Below are positions 1-9,609 of a stretch of 64,000 nucleotides of DNA, one piece after another. Origin of the DNA: Sphingobium sp. (lineage in GTDB: Bacteria; Pseudomonadota; Alphaproteobacteria; Sphingomonadales; Sphingomonadaceae); NCBI RefSeq assembly GCF_033795625.1, contig NZ_JARYGI010000015.1, forward strand, positions 7,518 to 71,517, in the 5' to 3' direction. The position numbers and the translations under genes were made by a program. Every line of letters begins with the position of its first letter. Position 1 is the stretch's first letter. The notes under the pieces were generated by a model that was given only the letters and a program-made list of their open reading frames with translations, did not search any database and was not told the origin of the DNA.

Positions 1-366
1 ATGATCCGCGGCGGGCATATCGACCTGACGGTGCTCGGCGCGATGGAAGTCGCGGAGAATGGCGACATCGCCAATTGGATGATCCCCGGCAAGATGATCA
101 AGGGCATGGGCGGCGCGATGGACCTCGTGGCGGGCGTCAAGAAGATCATCGTCGTGATGGAGCACAACGCCAAGGATGGCGGCCCCAAGTTCATCCCTGC
201 ATGCACTCTGCCGCTGACCGGCAAGAATGTGGTTGATATGATCGTAACCGATATTGCGGTGTTTCAGCGGCCGGATCATAATAGCCCTTTCAAATTGATC
301 GAAACCGCGCCGGGCATTTCGGCGGAAGACGTCAAGGCAAGGACCACGGCCAATTACATCGTATAA
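1..366 (+). CDS. scoB: 3-oxoacid (succinyl-CoA:3-ketoacid) CoA-transferase subunit B, C-terminal part (5' end outside window)
   Basis: ORF open at the window start. The translation '[40 protein letters not shown]' is the conserved CoA-transferase B-subunit core. Confidence 0.85.
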   Translation: MIRGGHIDLTVLGAMEVAENGDIANWMIPGKMIKGMGGAMDLVAGVKKIIVVMEHNAKDGGPKFIPACTLPLTGKNVVDMIVTDIAVFQRPDHNSPFKLIETAPGISAEDVKARTTANYIV

Positions 367-412
367 GATCAAGCGTAAGCGCCCGAAGCAGGGCCTATTC
401 TACGGCTGGCGT

Positions 413-1678
413 TTGAAGATTATAACCGGCGTGCTGGTTGGCGGCGGCGTGTTGGGATTGTCGGTGCTGCCTTGGAACGGCCCGCTGGCGCCGCATGTCG
501 AATGGCCGATTGCTGCGCGAGCCGCGCCGGTGAAGCTGCCGGTGACGCCTGCCGACTGGCACGGGAAGATCGACTATCTCGCGCTCGACGCGCGCATACG
601 GGCGATGATGGCTGACAAGAGCATGGAGGGCCTTGCGGCCGCCGTGGTCGAGGATGGGCGGCTCTCTTTCGTGCAGGGCTATGGGCTCGCATCTAGTGAG
701 ACCGGCGAAAGCGTGAATGAACATACGGCCTTTCGCTGGGCATCCCTGTCCAAGAGCGTGGCCGGTACTTTGACCGCGCGGCTGGCGGCCGATCACGTGC
801 TCTCGCTATCTGATCCGCTGGGCAAATATCATACGAGCCTTCGCCTGCCCGGCGACGCCCAACGCACATTGACGCTGGAGCAATTGCTGTCGCAGCGCAC
901 CGGGCTATCCAAAAATGCTTATGACGACCGGCTGGAGATTGGGCAGGATCCCAAGGTGATCCGGCAGAGTTTTGCGACCTTGTCCAATGTCTGTCCGCCG
1001 CGAACCTGTCACAGTTACCAGAATGTCGCATATGATACGATCAGCGAGGTCATCGGCACCGCCACAGGTAAGCGTTATGGCGAAGTTGCCAATGAGCGGC
1101 TTTTCCGACCCTTGGGTATGACCGGTGCGAGCGTAGGGATGGATGGCCTGCTCACGTCGAAAAGCTGGGCGCGGCCCCATCGCAATGGCCGTACGCTGCC
1201 GATGCTGGATTATTACTATCGCGTTCCGGCCGCGGCAGGCGTCAATTCGTCGATCGTCGATCTCGCGCGTTGGATGCAGGCGCAGATGGGGCTGGAGCGC
1301 GATGTGCTGCCGGCCAAGGTGCTGCTGGATGTGCAGCAGTCCCGCGTGAATACGCAGCGCCCTTACGGAAACTCACCCTTCGGCCGGGAGTTGAAGAATC
1401 CGGGCTATGGCCTTGGCATGCGCAGCTTCACCTACAAGGGACATCGGCTGATCGGGCATAGCGGTGCGGTGTCGGGCTATCGTTCCACGATGATGTTCGA
1501 CCCGGCGACGGGGACCGGCATCGTCATGCTGTGGAACAGTGAATCCAGCATACCTTGGCGTCTCCAGCCGGAATTTTTCGACAGGGCTTACGATCTGCCT
1601 TTCACGGACTGGCTGGGGCTGAAAGCAGGGCTGACGCCGCCGCCGAAGGACAACAGCATCGCCAATCCGGCGGGTTGA
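413..1678 (+). CDS. Serine hydrolase, beta-lactamase/PBP (class C-like) family, with N-terminal hydrophobic anchor or signal
   Basis: 421-aa ORF with TTG start. Has the SxxK active-site motif 'SLSKS', later 'YQNVAY' and 'GHSG', and a hydrophobic N-terminus 'KIITGVLVGGGVLGLSVL'. Confidence 0.8.
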   Translation: MKIITGVLVGGGVLGLSVLPWNGPLAPHVEWPIAARAAPVKLPVTPADWHGKIDYLALDARIRAMMADKSMEGLAAAVVEDGRLSFVQGYGLASSETGESVNEHTAFRWASLSKSVAGTLTARLAADHVLSLSDPLGKYHTSLRLPGDAQRTLTLEQLLSQRTGLSKNAYDDRLEIGQDPKVIRQSFATLSNVCPPRTCHSYQNVAYDTISEVIGTATGKRYGEVANERLFRPLGMTGASVGMDGLLTSKSWARPHRNGRTLPMLDYYYRVPAAAGVNSSIVDLARWMQAQMGLERDVLPAKVLLDVQQSRVNTQRPYGNSPFGRELKNPGYGLGMRSFTYKGHRLIGHSGAVSGYRSTMMFDPATGTGIVMLWNSESSIPWRLQPEFFDRAYDLPFTDWLGLKAGLTPPPKDNSIANPAG

Positions 1679-1684
1679 ATGGGG

Positions 1685-2446
1685 CTAGGCGGCCGGTGCC
1701 GTTTTGACGGCGGTCAGCAGGTAGTTGAGGGTGCGATTCTCCGACAGCACGAACCCGCGGGTCGGGTCGAACATCAGGCCGCTCCAGCGCGTCACTCGTA
1801 AACCGGCGTAGTTCAACAGAGGCTCTATCTCTTCCGGCGTCAGGAATTTCGCCCAATCGTGCGTCCCCTTGGGAATTTGCCCAAGGCCTTCGCCAAGCGT
1901 GATCATCGCAAGCCGCGACAGGGGCGTACGATTGGGCGTGGATAGAATCAGGAGGCCGTCGGGTGCAAGCGCATCGGCCAGGCCGTGCAGGAAGCGGGCA
2001 GGGTCCGTCACATGCTCGATCACTTCCATGCTGGTGACGAGATCGAATCCCGTTTCACCGAGCGCCTCCACGCCGACAGCGCGGTAGTCGATGGCGAGGC
2101 CCTGTGCCGTCGCGTGAGCCTGTGCAGCAGCGATGTTCTCTGGCGCAGCGTCGATGCCGGTGACGTGCGCACCGAGACGAGCCAGCGGCTCGCAGAGAAG
2201 GCCCGCCCCACAGCCCACGTCCAGCGCCCGCTTGCCAGCCAGCGGACGCAGCGACTTGGCGTCGCTGTGCCAATGGGCATCCACGGCGCCGCGGATGAAG
2301 GACAGGCGCGCAGGGTTCAGCTTGTGCAGCATGGCGCTGCTGCCCTTAGGGTTCCACCAGTCGGCAGCCATGGCTCCAAAGCGCGCGGCTTCGGCGGGAT
2401 CGATGGTGCTGGTCGGTGTCAGCGAGGGTGCCGGGTTGCTTGCCAT
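1685..2446 (-). CDS. ubiG: Bifunctional 3-demethylubiquinol 3-O-methyltransferase / 2-polyprenyl-6-hydroxyphenol methylase
   Basis: 'FGAMAADWWNPKGSSAMLHKLNPARLSFIR' plus the SAM motif 'LDVGCGAGLL'. Typical UbiG length (253 aa). Confidence 0.9.
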   Translation of the reverse strand: MASNPAPSLTPTSTIDPAEAARFGAMAADWWNPKGSSAMLHKLNPARLSFIRGAVDAHWHSDAKSLRPLAGKRALDVGCGAGLLCEPLARLGAHVTGIDAAPENIAAAQAHATAQGLAIDYRAVGVEALGETGFDLVTSMEVIEHVTDPARFLHGLADALAPDGLLILSTPNRTPLSRLAMITLGEGLGQIPKGTHDWAKFLTPEEIEPLLNYAGLRVTRWSGLMFDPTRGFVLSENRTLNYLLTAVKTAPAA

Positions 2447-2541
2447 ATCTGTTCCAGCTTACTAAGGGAGGCGCGCTTTTGCACCCCTCCAACACACTCG
2501 TTTCGACATAAACTTACCCATAGGCAAGGCTGACAGCAAAT

Positions 2542-3801
2542 ATGGCGCGCATCGTGATGAAATTCGGCGGCACCTCAATGGCGGGGATGGAGCGAATTCG
2601 CAACGTGGCGGCGCGCGTGAAGCATGTCGTCGCCCAAGGCAATGAAGTCGCGGTCGTCGTTTCAGCGATGGCGGGGGAGACGGACAGGCTCGTCGGCTTT
2701 TGTCGCGAAGCCAGCCCGCTTTACGACCCGGCCGAATATGATGTCGTGGTCGCCGCGGGCGAGCAGATCACGAGCGGCCTTCTGGCGATGACGCTGAAGG
2801 CGATGGGCGTGGACGCGCGTAGCTGGCTTGGCTGGCAATTGCCGATCCGTACCGTCGAGGCGCATGCCAAGGCTCGGGTCGAGAGCATGGAAACCGGCGC
2901 GCTGTTGGCGGCCATGGGTGCAGGGCAGGTTGCGGTCATTCCGGGCTTTCAGGGGCAGATGGAAGATGGGCGCGTCTCCACTTTGGGCCGCGGCGGGTCC
3001 GATACGTCAGCCGTGGCAGTCGCGGCGGCGATCAAGGCGGACCGCTGCGACATCTACACCGATGTGGACGGCGTCTATACGACCGATCCGCGCATCGTGG
3101 CCCGCGCGCGCAAGCTGCACATGGTAACATATGAGGAAATGCTCGAACTGGCATCGGTCGGCGCGAAGGTGCTGCAGACGCGTTCGGTGGGCCTCGCCAT
3201 GAAGGAAGGCGTGCGCGTTCAGGTGCTGTCGTCCTTCGACGATCCAACACAGGACGATCTGCCCGGCACGCTCATCGTCAGCGAAGAAGAAATAGAGGAC
3301 AACGAGATGGAACGTCAGCTCATCACCGGCATCGCGCACGACAAGAACGAAGCCAAGATCATCGTGACCCGCGTGCCCGACAAGCCCGGCGCGGTCGCCA
3401 ATATCTTTGGGCCGCTTGCCGATGCGAGCATCAATGTCGACATGATTATCCAGAATGACAGCAAGGACATGGAGGAGACGGACGTCACCTTCACCGTGCC
3501 GCGCGCCGATCTGGCCCGCAGTGTCGATATCCTGGAAGCGCGCAAGGACAGCATCGGGTTCCGCCGGATCATCACGGACAGCGAAGTCGCGAAGATCAGC
3601 GTTGTCGGCGTCGGCATGCGCAGCCATGCGGGCGTCGCCGCGCTGATGTTCAAGACGCTGGCGGATCGCGGGATCAATATCGAGGCGATCTCCACCAGCG
3701 AGATCAAGGTCAGCGTGCTGATTGACGAGGACGAGACGGAGCTGGCGGTGCGCGTGCTGCACACCGCTTATGGTCTGGACGCGGACGCGCCGGCGGCCTG
3801 A
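2542..3801 (+). CDS. lysC: Aspartate kinase
   Basis: 'MARIVMKFGGTSMAG', 'GRGGSDTSAVAVAAA', two C-terminal ACT-like regions. 419 aa. Confidence 0.95.
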   Translation: MARIVMKFGGTSMAGMERIRNVAARVKHVVAQGNEVAVVVSAMAGETDRLVGFCREASPLYDPAEYDVVVAAGEQITSGLLAMTLKAMGVDARSWLGWQLPIRTVEAHAKARVESMETGALLAAMGAGQVAVIPGFQGQMEDGRVSTLGRGGSDTSAVAVAAAIKADRCDIYTDVDGVYTTDPRIVARARKLHMVTYEEMLELASVGAKVLQTRSVGLAMKEGVRVQVLSSFDDPTQDDLPGTLIVSEEEIEDNEMERQLITGIAHDKNEAKIIVTRVPDKPGAVANIFGPLADASINVDMIIQNDSKDMEETDVTFTVPRADLARSVDILEARKDSIGFRRIITDSEVAKISVVGVGMRSHAGVAALMFKTLADRGINIEAISTSEIKVSVLIDEDETELAVRVLHTAYGLDADAPAA

Positions 3802-3859
3802 GGCCAAGCGGTATCGACCAACGTCGCCGCTGTTGCAGCGGCGTAACGCAGGAATTTGA

Positions 3860-4870
3860 ATGAACCATCCTAGACTTGACGCCTTGATGGCGCGCGGCAC
3901 TGCATTTCTTGGCTGCGAAACCGCGATCATGTGCGGGGCGATGAGTTGGGTGAGCGAACGCAATCTTGTGTCCGCCATCTCCAATGCCGGTGGATTCGGG
4001 GTGATTGCCTGCGGAGCGATGACGCCTGACCTGCTGGACCGGGAGATCGCCGCCACCAAGGCGCTGACGTCCAGGCCCTTCGGCGTGAACCTGATCACCA
4101 TGCACCCGCAGTTGTTCGACCTGATCGACGTGTGCGCGAAGCATGACGTGACACATGTGGTGCTTGCTGGCGGCCTGCCGCCCAAGGGCAGCATCGAGGC
4201 GATCAAGGCCAAGGGTGCCAAGCTGATCTGCTTCGCTCCGGCTTTGGCGCTGGCGAAGAAGCTGGCCCGGTCGGGCGTGGATGCGCTGGTGGTTGAGGGA
4301 ATGGAAGCGGGCGGTCATATCGGTCCCGTTTCGACCAGTGTGCTGGCGCAGGAAATATTGCCGGAGATGGCGGCGCAATTGCCGGTGTTCGTAGCAGGCG
4401 GCATCGGCAGGGGCGAGGCGATTGCGGCCTATCTGGAAATGGGCGCGGCGGGCGTGCAACTGGGCACGCGGTTCGTTTGCGCGCATGAAAGCATCGCCCA
4501 TCACGCGTTCAAGAAGGCATTCCTGCGGGCATCGGCGCGCGATGCGGTGGCGAGCGTGCAGATTGACCCTCGCCTCCCGGTAATTCCGGTGCGGGCGCTC
4601 AAGAATCCGGGGACGGAGAACTTCACTGCAAAGCAGCGCGAAGTCGCCAATCTGCTGGACGGCGGCTCCGTCGACATGATGGAAGCGCAACTGCAGATCG
4701 AGCATTACTGGGCGGGCGCGTTGCGCCGCGCAGTAATTGATGGCGATGTGGAGGGTGGAAGCCTGATGGCTGGCCAGTCGGTCGGCATGGTGACGAAGGA
4801 GGAGCCCGTCGCCGAGATTATCGCGGCGTTGATGTCGGAGGCTGGCGCAGCGCTGGACGGCCGGGGCTAG
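3860..4870 (+). CDS. Nitronate monooxygenase / FabK-like FMN-dependent enoyl reductase family protein
   Basis: 'MCGAMSWVSERNLVSAISNAGGFGVIA', 'VVEGMEAGGHIG', 'VAGGIGRGEAIAAYLEMGAAGVQLGTRF' are NMO/2-nitropropane dioxygenase hallmarks. Confidence 0.8.
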   Translation: MNHPRLDALMARGTAFLGCETAIMCGAMSWVSERNLVSAISNAGGFGVIACGAMTPDLLDREIAATKALTSRPFGVNLITMHPQLFDLIDVCAKHDVTHVVLAGGLPPKGSIEAIKAKGAKLICFAPALALAKKLARSGVDALVVEGMEAGGHIGPVSTSVLAQEILPEMAAQLPVFVAGGIGRGEAIAAYLEMGAAGVQLGTRFVCAHESIAHHAFKKAFLRASARDAVASVQIDPRLPVIPVRALKNPGTENFTAKQREVANLLDGGSVDMMEAQLQIEHYWAGALRRAVIDGDVEGGSLMAGQSVGMVTKEEPVAEIIAALMSEAGAALDGRG

Positions 4871-4986
4871 GTTGACTCCTCTCGCCTGTCGGGAGGGAAG
4901 AGAGTTGTTGGCCGAGCTGCTTAGCCGCAATGGCGAGGGGCGTGCGCCTTAACGATGGCCCACGACCCCTCATTCGACTTCGCGGG

Positions 4987-6153
4987 TTAAGCCGTCAGAA
5001 TCTTGTCGAGCGCTACTTTGAACTTCGACATTTCTTCGGCCGATCCTACAGTCACACGCGACACGGTCGGCCAGATTTCCCATGACCGTCCGATCTGGAT
5101 GTTCTGCGCAAGCAGTGCCGCCTGCATTTCCTTGGCCTGCTTGGTCTTCCAGTCGACCATGAACATATTAGCCTGACTGCCCGTGTGGAAGGCAATGTTG
5201 CGCTTCTTCAGATGAGCGAGCGTCTCCTCCCGGACCGATACCATTTCGGCACGCCGCGCCTTGATGGCGTCGGACGCAGTATAGGCCGCCGTGCCGCAGG
5301 CAAGCGCCGTCACAGGCAGCGTGCCTGTGACCTGCCGGCCATCATAGCGCATCATCTGAGCGTGAAGCGAGGGATCGGCGAAGGTCAGGCCGAGGCGCAT
5401 GCCCGCCATGCCGAACATCTTGGAGAAGGTGCGCATGACGATCACGTCCTTGCGGCCCTTGGCAAGGGCCGTCGCGCCGGGGGCATCGGAGAAGTGCAGA
5501 TAGGCTTCGTCGATCAGCAGCACGGAGTCGGCAGGCTTGTTAGCCGCAAGCCATTCCAGATCCGCTATCGGCGTGATGGTGCCGGTGGGGTTGTTCGGCG
5601 TGACGATGTAATAGAGGCCCGCCTTGGGGTTCGCGGCCAGCATCGCCTTAACGTCGGCGCCCTTGCCGGGCGTCATCGGAACCTTCGAAACCGGAGCCTT
5701 CAGCCATGCCGCAGCGCGCCAGGCGGATTCGAAGGTCGGATCGGGCGTCACAAGGCCCTTTTCGGGCGAGCAGAAGGCTATGACGGAGCGGACCAGCGGA
5801 TCGCCCGAGCCGGGCCAGGGGAGAACATGTTCTTCAGGCAGACCTTCGACCTGCGCCACGGTCTTGATGAACTGTCCGCGAAGGTCGCCCGGATCGTAGC
5901 GATTGCCCTGAGCGACGATCTTGGCAGCGGCCTCTGCTGCCACCGGGAAAGGGCCGGTCCAGCATTCGTTGGCGCCGATCTGCACTGCGCCTGCGACGCC
6001 ACGTGCCGCCTGGCTTTGTGCAAAGGCCGGGCGGAAAGCCGTGACACTTGCCGCCGCGCCCAGAAGCGCCGCCACCTGACCCATCTGCCGCCGCGAATAG
6101 CCACGGTCGAGTAAGTCCTTTTTCGCTGTCGCATCTATTGCAATGGTGCTCAT
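4987..6153 (-). CDS. PLP-dependent class I/II (HisC-like) aminotransferase with twin-arginine (Tat) signal peptide
   Basis: Start moved from the 686-aa ORF to the ATG at 6153, because the upstream extension is antisense to ptsP. N-terminus 'MSTIAIDATAKKDLLDRGYSRRQMGQVAALLGAAASVTAFRPAFAQ'. PLP-lysine context 'TFSKMFGMAGMRLG', and 'PNNPTG'. Confidence 0.8.
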   Translation of the reverse strand: MSTIAIDATAKKDLLDRGYSRRQMGQVAALLGAAASVTAFRPAFAQSQAARGVAGAVQIGANECWTGPFPVAAEAAAKIVAQGNRYDPGDLRGQFIKTVAQVEGLPEEHVLPWPGSGDPLVRSVIAFCSPEKGLVTPDPTFESAWRAAAWLKAPVSKVPMTPGKGADVKAMLAANPKAGLYYIVTPNNPTGTITPIADLEWLAANKPADSVLLIDEAYLHFSDAPGATALAKGRKDVIVMRTFSKMFGMAGMRLGLTFADPSLHAQMMRYDGRQVTGTLPVTALACGTAAYTASDAIKARRAEMVSVREETLAHLKKRNIAFHTGSQANMFMVDWKTKQAKEMQAALLAQNIQIGRSWEIWPTVSRVTVGSAEEMSKFKVALDKILTA

Positions 6154-6306
6154 CTGCTGCCGTCCCCTGAAGATGGATTGACCTCTAATGCCGGTCACAA
6201 CGAAGCAGACCTTAAGGCCCGCTATCGCGCCGACCATGATCCTCGTTTTTTTTGAAGCTGAATATCGCTGTTGGAAGCAGGACGGCGTTTCTGTTAGCCA
6301 TCGTGC

Positions 6307-8577
6307 ATGGTCACTTCTCCCGCCACTGCCGCCCGCAAGATCCTGAGCCGCTTGCACGAACTGATGGCGTCGCGCTCTGCCGCGCAACAAAAGCTGAACA
6401 AGGTCGTGGAGATCATCGGTGAGGAACTGTCGACGGAAGTCTGCTCCATCTACCTTCTGCGCGAGGGGTTGCTCGAACTCTATGCAACCCGTGGTCTGAA
6501 GCAGGAAGCGGTGCACGTCGCCAAGCTGGCGATGGGGCAGGGCCTGGTCGGCATCATTGCCCGAAATGTGGAGACGTTGAACCTGGATGAGGCAGCCGCG
6601 CATCCGGATTATACCTATTTGCCGGAAACCGGGGAAGAGCTGTTCCACAGCTTCGCAGGCGTTCCGATCGTCCGACGCGAGAGGGCAGTGGGCGTATTGT
6701 GCGTGCAGCATGTCGACCCGAGGCGCTATGAGGAAGTGGAGATCGAAGCTCTGCAGACGGTGGCCATGGTCCTTTCCGAACTCATTGCTAATGCCGAGCT
6801 GGTTGACGACAGCCGTACCGACGACCGCGTCGCGGGCACGGGCTCCAATATGCTGTCGGGCCTTCAACTGGTGATGGGAATGGCGCGCGGGCACGCCGTT
6901 TTCCACCAGCCGCGCATCACCATCGAGCACACCGTCGCGGAAGATACAGAGGCGGAGCGCCAGCGCGTCTACTCGGCCTTTGCGAAGATGCGTGAGCAAA
7001 TCGAGCGGATGACCGGCGCGTCGGAATTCGGCGTCGACGGCGAGCATCAGGAGGTTCTCGAAACCTACAAGATGTTCGCTTATGACGAGGGCTGGACCCG
7101 GCGCATCAACGAAGCCATCGACAGCGGTCTAACCGCCGAGGCAGCGATCGAACGCGTGCAGCAGCGCACCCGGATGCGGATGCGGCAGATCCAGGACCCG
7201 TTGCTGCAGGATCGGATGCACGATCTGGAGGACCTCGCCAATCGGCTGTTGCGCATCGTTTCGGGGCAACTCGGTACGGCCGCGCAAATGGGGTTGCGGC
7301 AGGACGCAATCCTCATTGCCCGCAACCTGGGCCCTGCCGAATTGCTGGAATATGATCGGCGGCGGCTGAAGGGCGTGATCCTGGAGGAGGGGTCGCTGAC
7401 CGCCCATGTCATCATCGTGGCGCGGGCGATGGGCGTGCCGGTGCTGGGCCGAGTGCGGGACATCCGCCATCAGGTGAATGAGGGCGATCTCATCCTGCTG
7501 GACGTCATCGAGAACCGGGTGTTCGTGCGGCCCACTCCGGATATGGACGAAGCCTTTGAAAACAAGCTTGGGCTTACGCAGAAGCGCCGTGCGGCTTTCG
7601 CGGCGGCACGGGATTTGCCGTCCGTGACCAAGGATGGCGAGCGCATAGAATTGCTCGTGAACGCGGGCCTGCGTGACGATGCGAACGCGCTCGATATCAC
7701 CGGAGCCGACGGCATCGGTCTGTTTCGCACCGAATTCCAGTTTCTCGTGTCTGCAACGATGCCACAGCGGGAAAGACAGCAGCGGCTCTACAAGGATGTG
7801 CTGGACGCGGCAGGCGACCGGCCCGTGATCTTCCGCACTGTGGACATCGGCGGAGACAAGGCGCTGCCCTATATGCGGCAGGAAGAGGAGGCCGAGGAGA
7901 ACCCCGCCATGGGGTGGCGCGGCTTGCGACTCGCGCTGGAGCGCGACGGCTTGATGAAAGCGCAGGCGCGGGCCTTGCTGGAGGCCGCGGCGGGCCGGAC
8001 GTTATATGTGATGTTCCCGCTGATTTCAGAGCCCTGGGAGTTCGATCATGCCAAGGCGTTGATCGAAAAGCAGCGGGACTGGCTGGTGAACCAGCGCAAG
8101 GCAGTGCCAGTCGCCGTGCGTTATGGTGCGATGCTGGAGGTCCCTGCGCTGGCGGAGGTGCTCGACCTGCTCCTGCCGCGCATCGACTTTCTTTCGGTGG
8201 GCACCAACGACCTCACGCAGTTCTTGTTTGCCGCGGATCGCGCCCATCCAAAGCTGGCAGAACGATATGACTGGCTCAGCATCGCGATCCTGCGGTTCCT
8301 GTCGCGTATCGTGAAGGCATGCGAGGAGCACAAGGTTCCGCTTGGCGTGTGCGGTGAAATGGGTGGGCGAACGCTGGAGGCGATGGCGCTGCTCGGCTTG
8401 GGTATGCGCAGGCTTTCCATAACTCCCGCATCGATCGGTCCGGTGAAAGCCATGATCCGTTCGGTGGAACTGGCGCCGCTCCGTGCCGAAATGGCGAAGC
8501 TCCTGACCGATGGTACGCCCAATGCACGCGCCGCGCTGGCGACCTGGGCGCAGGAGCGGCGCATCGATCTCAGCTAA
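6307..8577 (+). CDS. ptsP: Phosphoenolpyruvate-protein phosphotransferase, nitrogen-PTS enzyme I (EI-Ntr) with N-terminal GAF domain
   Basis: 756 aa. N-terminal GAF-like region, 'GSLTAHVIIVARAMGVPV' (phosphohistidine region), 'GGDKALPY', 'SVGTNDLTQF'. The lysC-ptsP arrangement is common in alphaproteobacteria. Confidence 0.9.
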   Translation: MVTSPATAARKILSRLHELMASRSAAQQKLNKVVEIIGEELSTEVCSIYLLREGLLELYATRGLKQEAVHVAKLAMGQGLVGIIARNVETLNLDEAAAHPDYTYLPETGEELFHSFAGVPIVRRERAVGVLCVQHVDPRRYEEVEIEALQTVAMVLSELIANAELVDDSRTDDRVAGTGSNMLSGLQLVMGMARGHAVFHQPRITIEHTVAEDTEAERQRVYSAFAKMREQIERMTGASEFGVDGEHQEVLETYKMFAYDEGWTRRINEAIDSGLTAEAAIERVQQRTRMRMRQIQDPLLQDRMHDLEDLANRLLRIVSGQLGTAAQMGLRQDAILIARNLGPAELLEYDRRRLKGVILEEGSLTAHVIIVARAMGVPVLGRVRDIRHQVNEGDLILLDVIENRVFVRPTPDMDEAFENKLGLTQKRRAAFAAARDLPSVTKDGERIELLVNAGLRDDANALDITGADGIGLFRTEFQFLVSATMPQRERQQRLYKDVLDAAGDRPVIFRTVDIGGDKALPYMRQEEEAEENPAMGWRGLRLALERDGLMKAQARALLEAAAGRTLYVMFPLISEPWEFDHAKALIEKQRDWLVNQRKAVPVAVRYGAMLEVPALAEVLDLLLPRIDFLSVGTNDLTQFLFAADRAHPKLAERYDWLSIAILRFLSRIVKACEEHKVPLGVCGEMGGRTLEAMALLGLGMRRLSITPASIGPVKAMIRSVELAPLRAEMAKLLTDGTPNARAALATWAQERRIDLS

Positions 8578-8697
8578 AACGGGTTGAAAAGCGAGGTGTT
8601 TCCCGCGCAGCGCCGTTGACAGAGGGCGCGTGCCGGTGAGACAACAGCATGGCACGGCCGCTTGCGCGGCTCCCGCATGAGGGGCGGTACATATTTG

Positions 8698-9543
8698 ATG
8701 GAAGAGATGGAACAAGGCTCGCTCGACATGGACCGGCCCGGCGAGGTCTTGCGCCGCGCGCGGGAGGCGCAGGGCCTGTCGCTTCAGGACGTGGCGACCC
8801 GGACACGCGTTCCGGTCCGCCAGCTCTCGCTGGTCGAGAACCATGACTATGCCGCTTTGCCGGGCGTGCCCTATGCCGTCGGGTTTTCGCGAGCCTATGC
8901 GCGCGCCGTTGGTGCGGACGAGATTGCGATAGCGGCTGGGGTCCGACGGGAGCTTTCCAGCTCTGACATGGCGAATGCCCCGCGATACGAGATGTTCGAA
9001 CCGGCTGACCCGGCGCGCGTTCCACCGCGCTATCTGGCATGGACCGCAGCCGTCATCGCATTGCTGCTGGCTTTGGGGTATGGATTGTGGCGCTCGCAGA
9101 TGTTTACGCCGCCGAGCGACGAACAGATCGCCGCCCAGATTAGCTCACAGAACGCGAAACCCGCCGCAGGATCAGGCGCCGCTGCGCCAAGGCCTGCACC
9201 GGCGCCAACGCAGGGGCCGGTGGTCCTGACCGCGACGGATCAGGTATGGCTACGGATCTATGACGGAACGGGCGAGCGGCTCTTCGAAAAGCAGATGGCG
9301 AAGGGCGAAACCTTCACGGTGCCGGAGAACGCGAACAATCCGATGATCCTTACAGGTCGTCCCAACGCCGTCGCCGTGACGGTTGGTGGCCGTCCCGTAC
9401 CGCCGCTCGGGCGGCCCGAGCGGACTATCTCGGACGTCCCGATCAGCGCTGCAGCGCTGCTGGCACGTCCCGCCGCTCCTGCCACAGGAGAACCGGCAGC
9501 GGGCAATGGCGCGGCCGTGCCTGCGACAGCCGCTCAGCAATAA
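8698..9543 (+). CDS. RodZ-like XRE-type HTH membrane protein (exact start uncertain: candidates 8662, 8677, 8698, 8707, 8728)
   Basis: 'GEVLRRAREAQGLSLQDVATRTRVPVRQLSLVENHDYAALPGVPYAVGFSRAYARAVG', followed by one TM segment ('LAWTAAVIALLLALGYGLW'), an Ala/Pro-rich linker and a C-terminal domain. Confidence 0.7.
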   Translation: MEEMEQGSLDMDRPGEVLRRAREAQGLSLQDVATRTRVPVRQLSLVENHDYAALPGVPYAVGFSRAYARAVGADEIAIAAGVRRELSSSDMANAPRYEMFEPADPARVPPRYLAWTAAVIALLLALGYGLWRSQMFTPPSDEQIAAQISSQNAKPAAGSGAAAPRPAPAPTQGPVVLTATDQVWLRIYDGTGERLFEKQMAKGETFTVPENANNPMILTGRPNAVAVTVGGRPVPPLGRPERTISDVPISAAALLARPAAPATGEPAAGNGAAVPATAAQQ

Positions 9544-9609
9544 CGGACGCTTTACCGATGCCGCAAAGCCCTTATGCTTGACGGCCTGTTCATTCCCTGG
9601 GGATCATCC

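Noticed and set aside
3007-4930. Two overlapping minus-strand ORFs, 404 aa (3007-4221) and 406 aa (3710-4930), antisense to lysC and the nitronate monooxygenase gene.
   Set aside because: Shadow ORFs opposite well-supported genes. Low-complexity R/A/H-rich translations with no motifs.
6154-7047. N-terminal 298-aa extension of the aminotransferase ORF (the 686-aa version, 4987-7047).
   Set aside because: The extension runs antisense through the ptsP 5' region and has no family signal. A clean Tat-signal N-terminus begins at the internal ATG at 6153.
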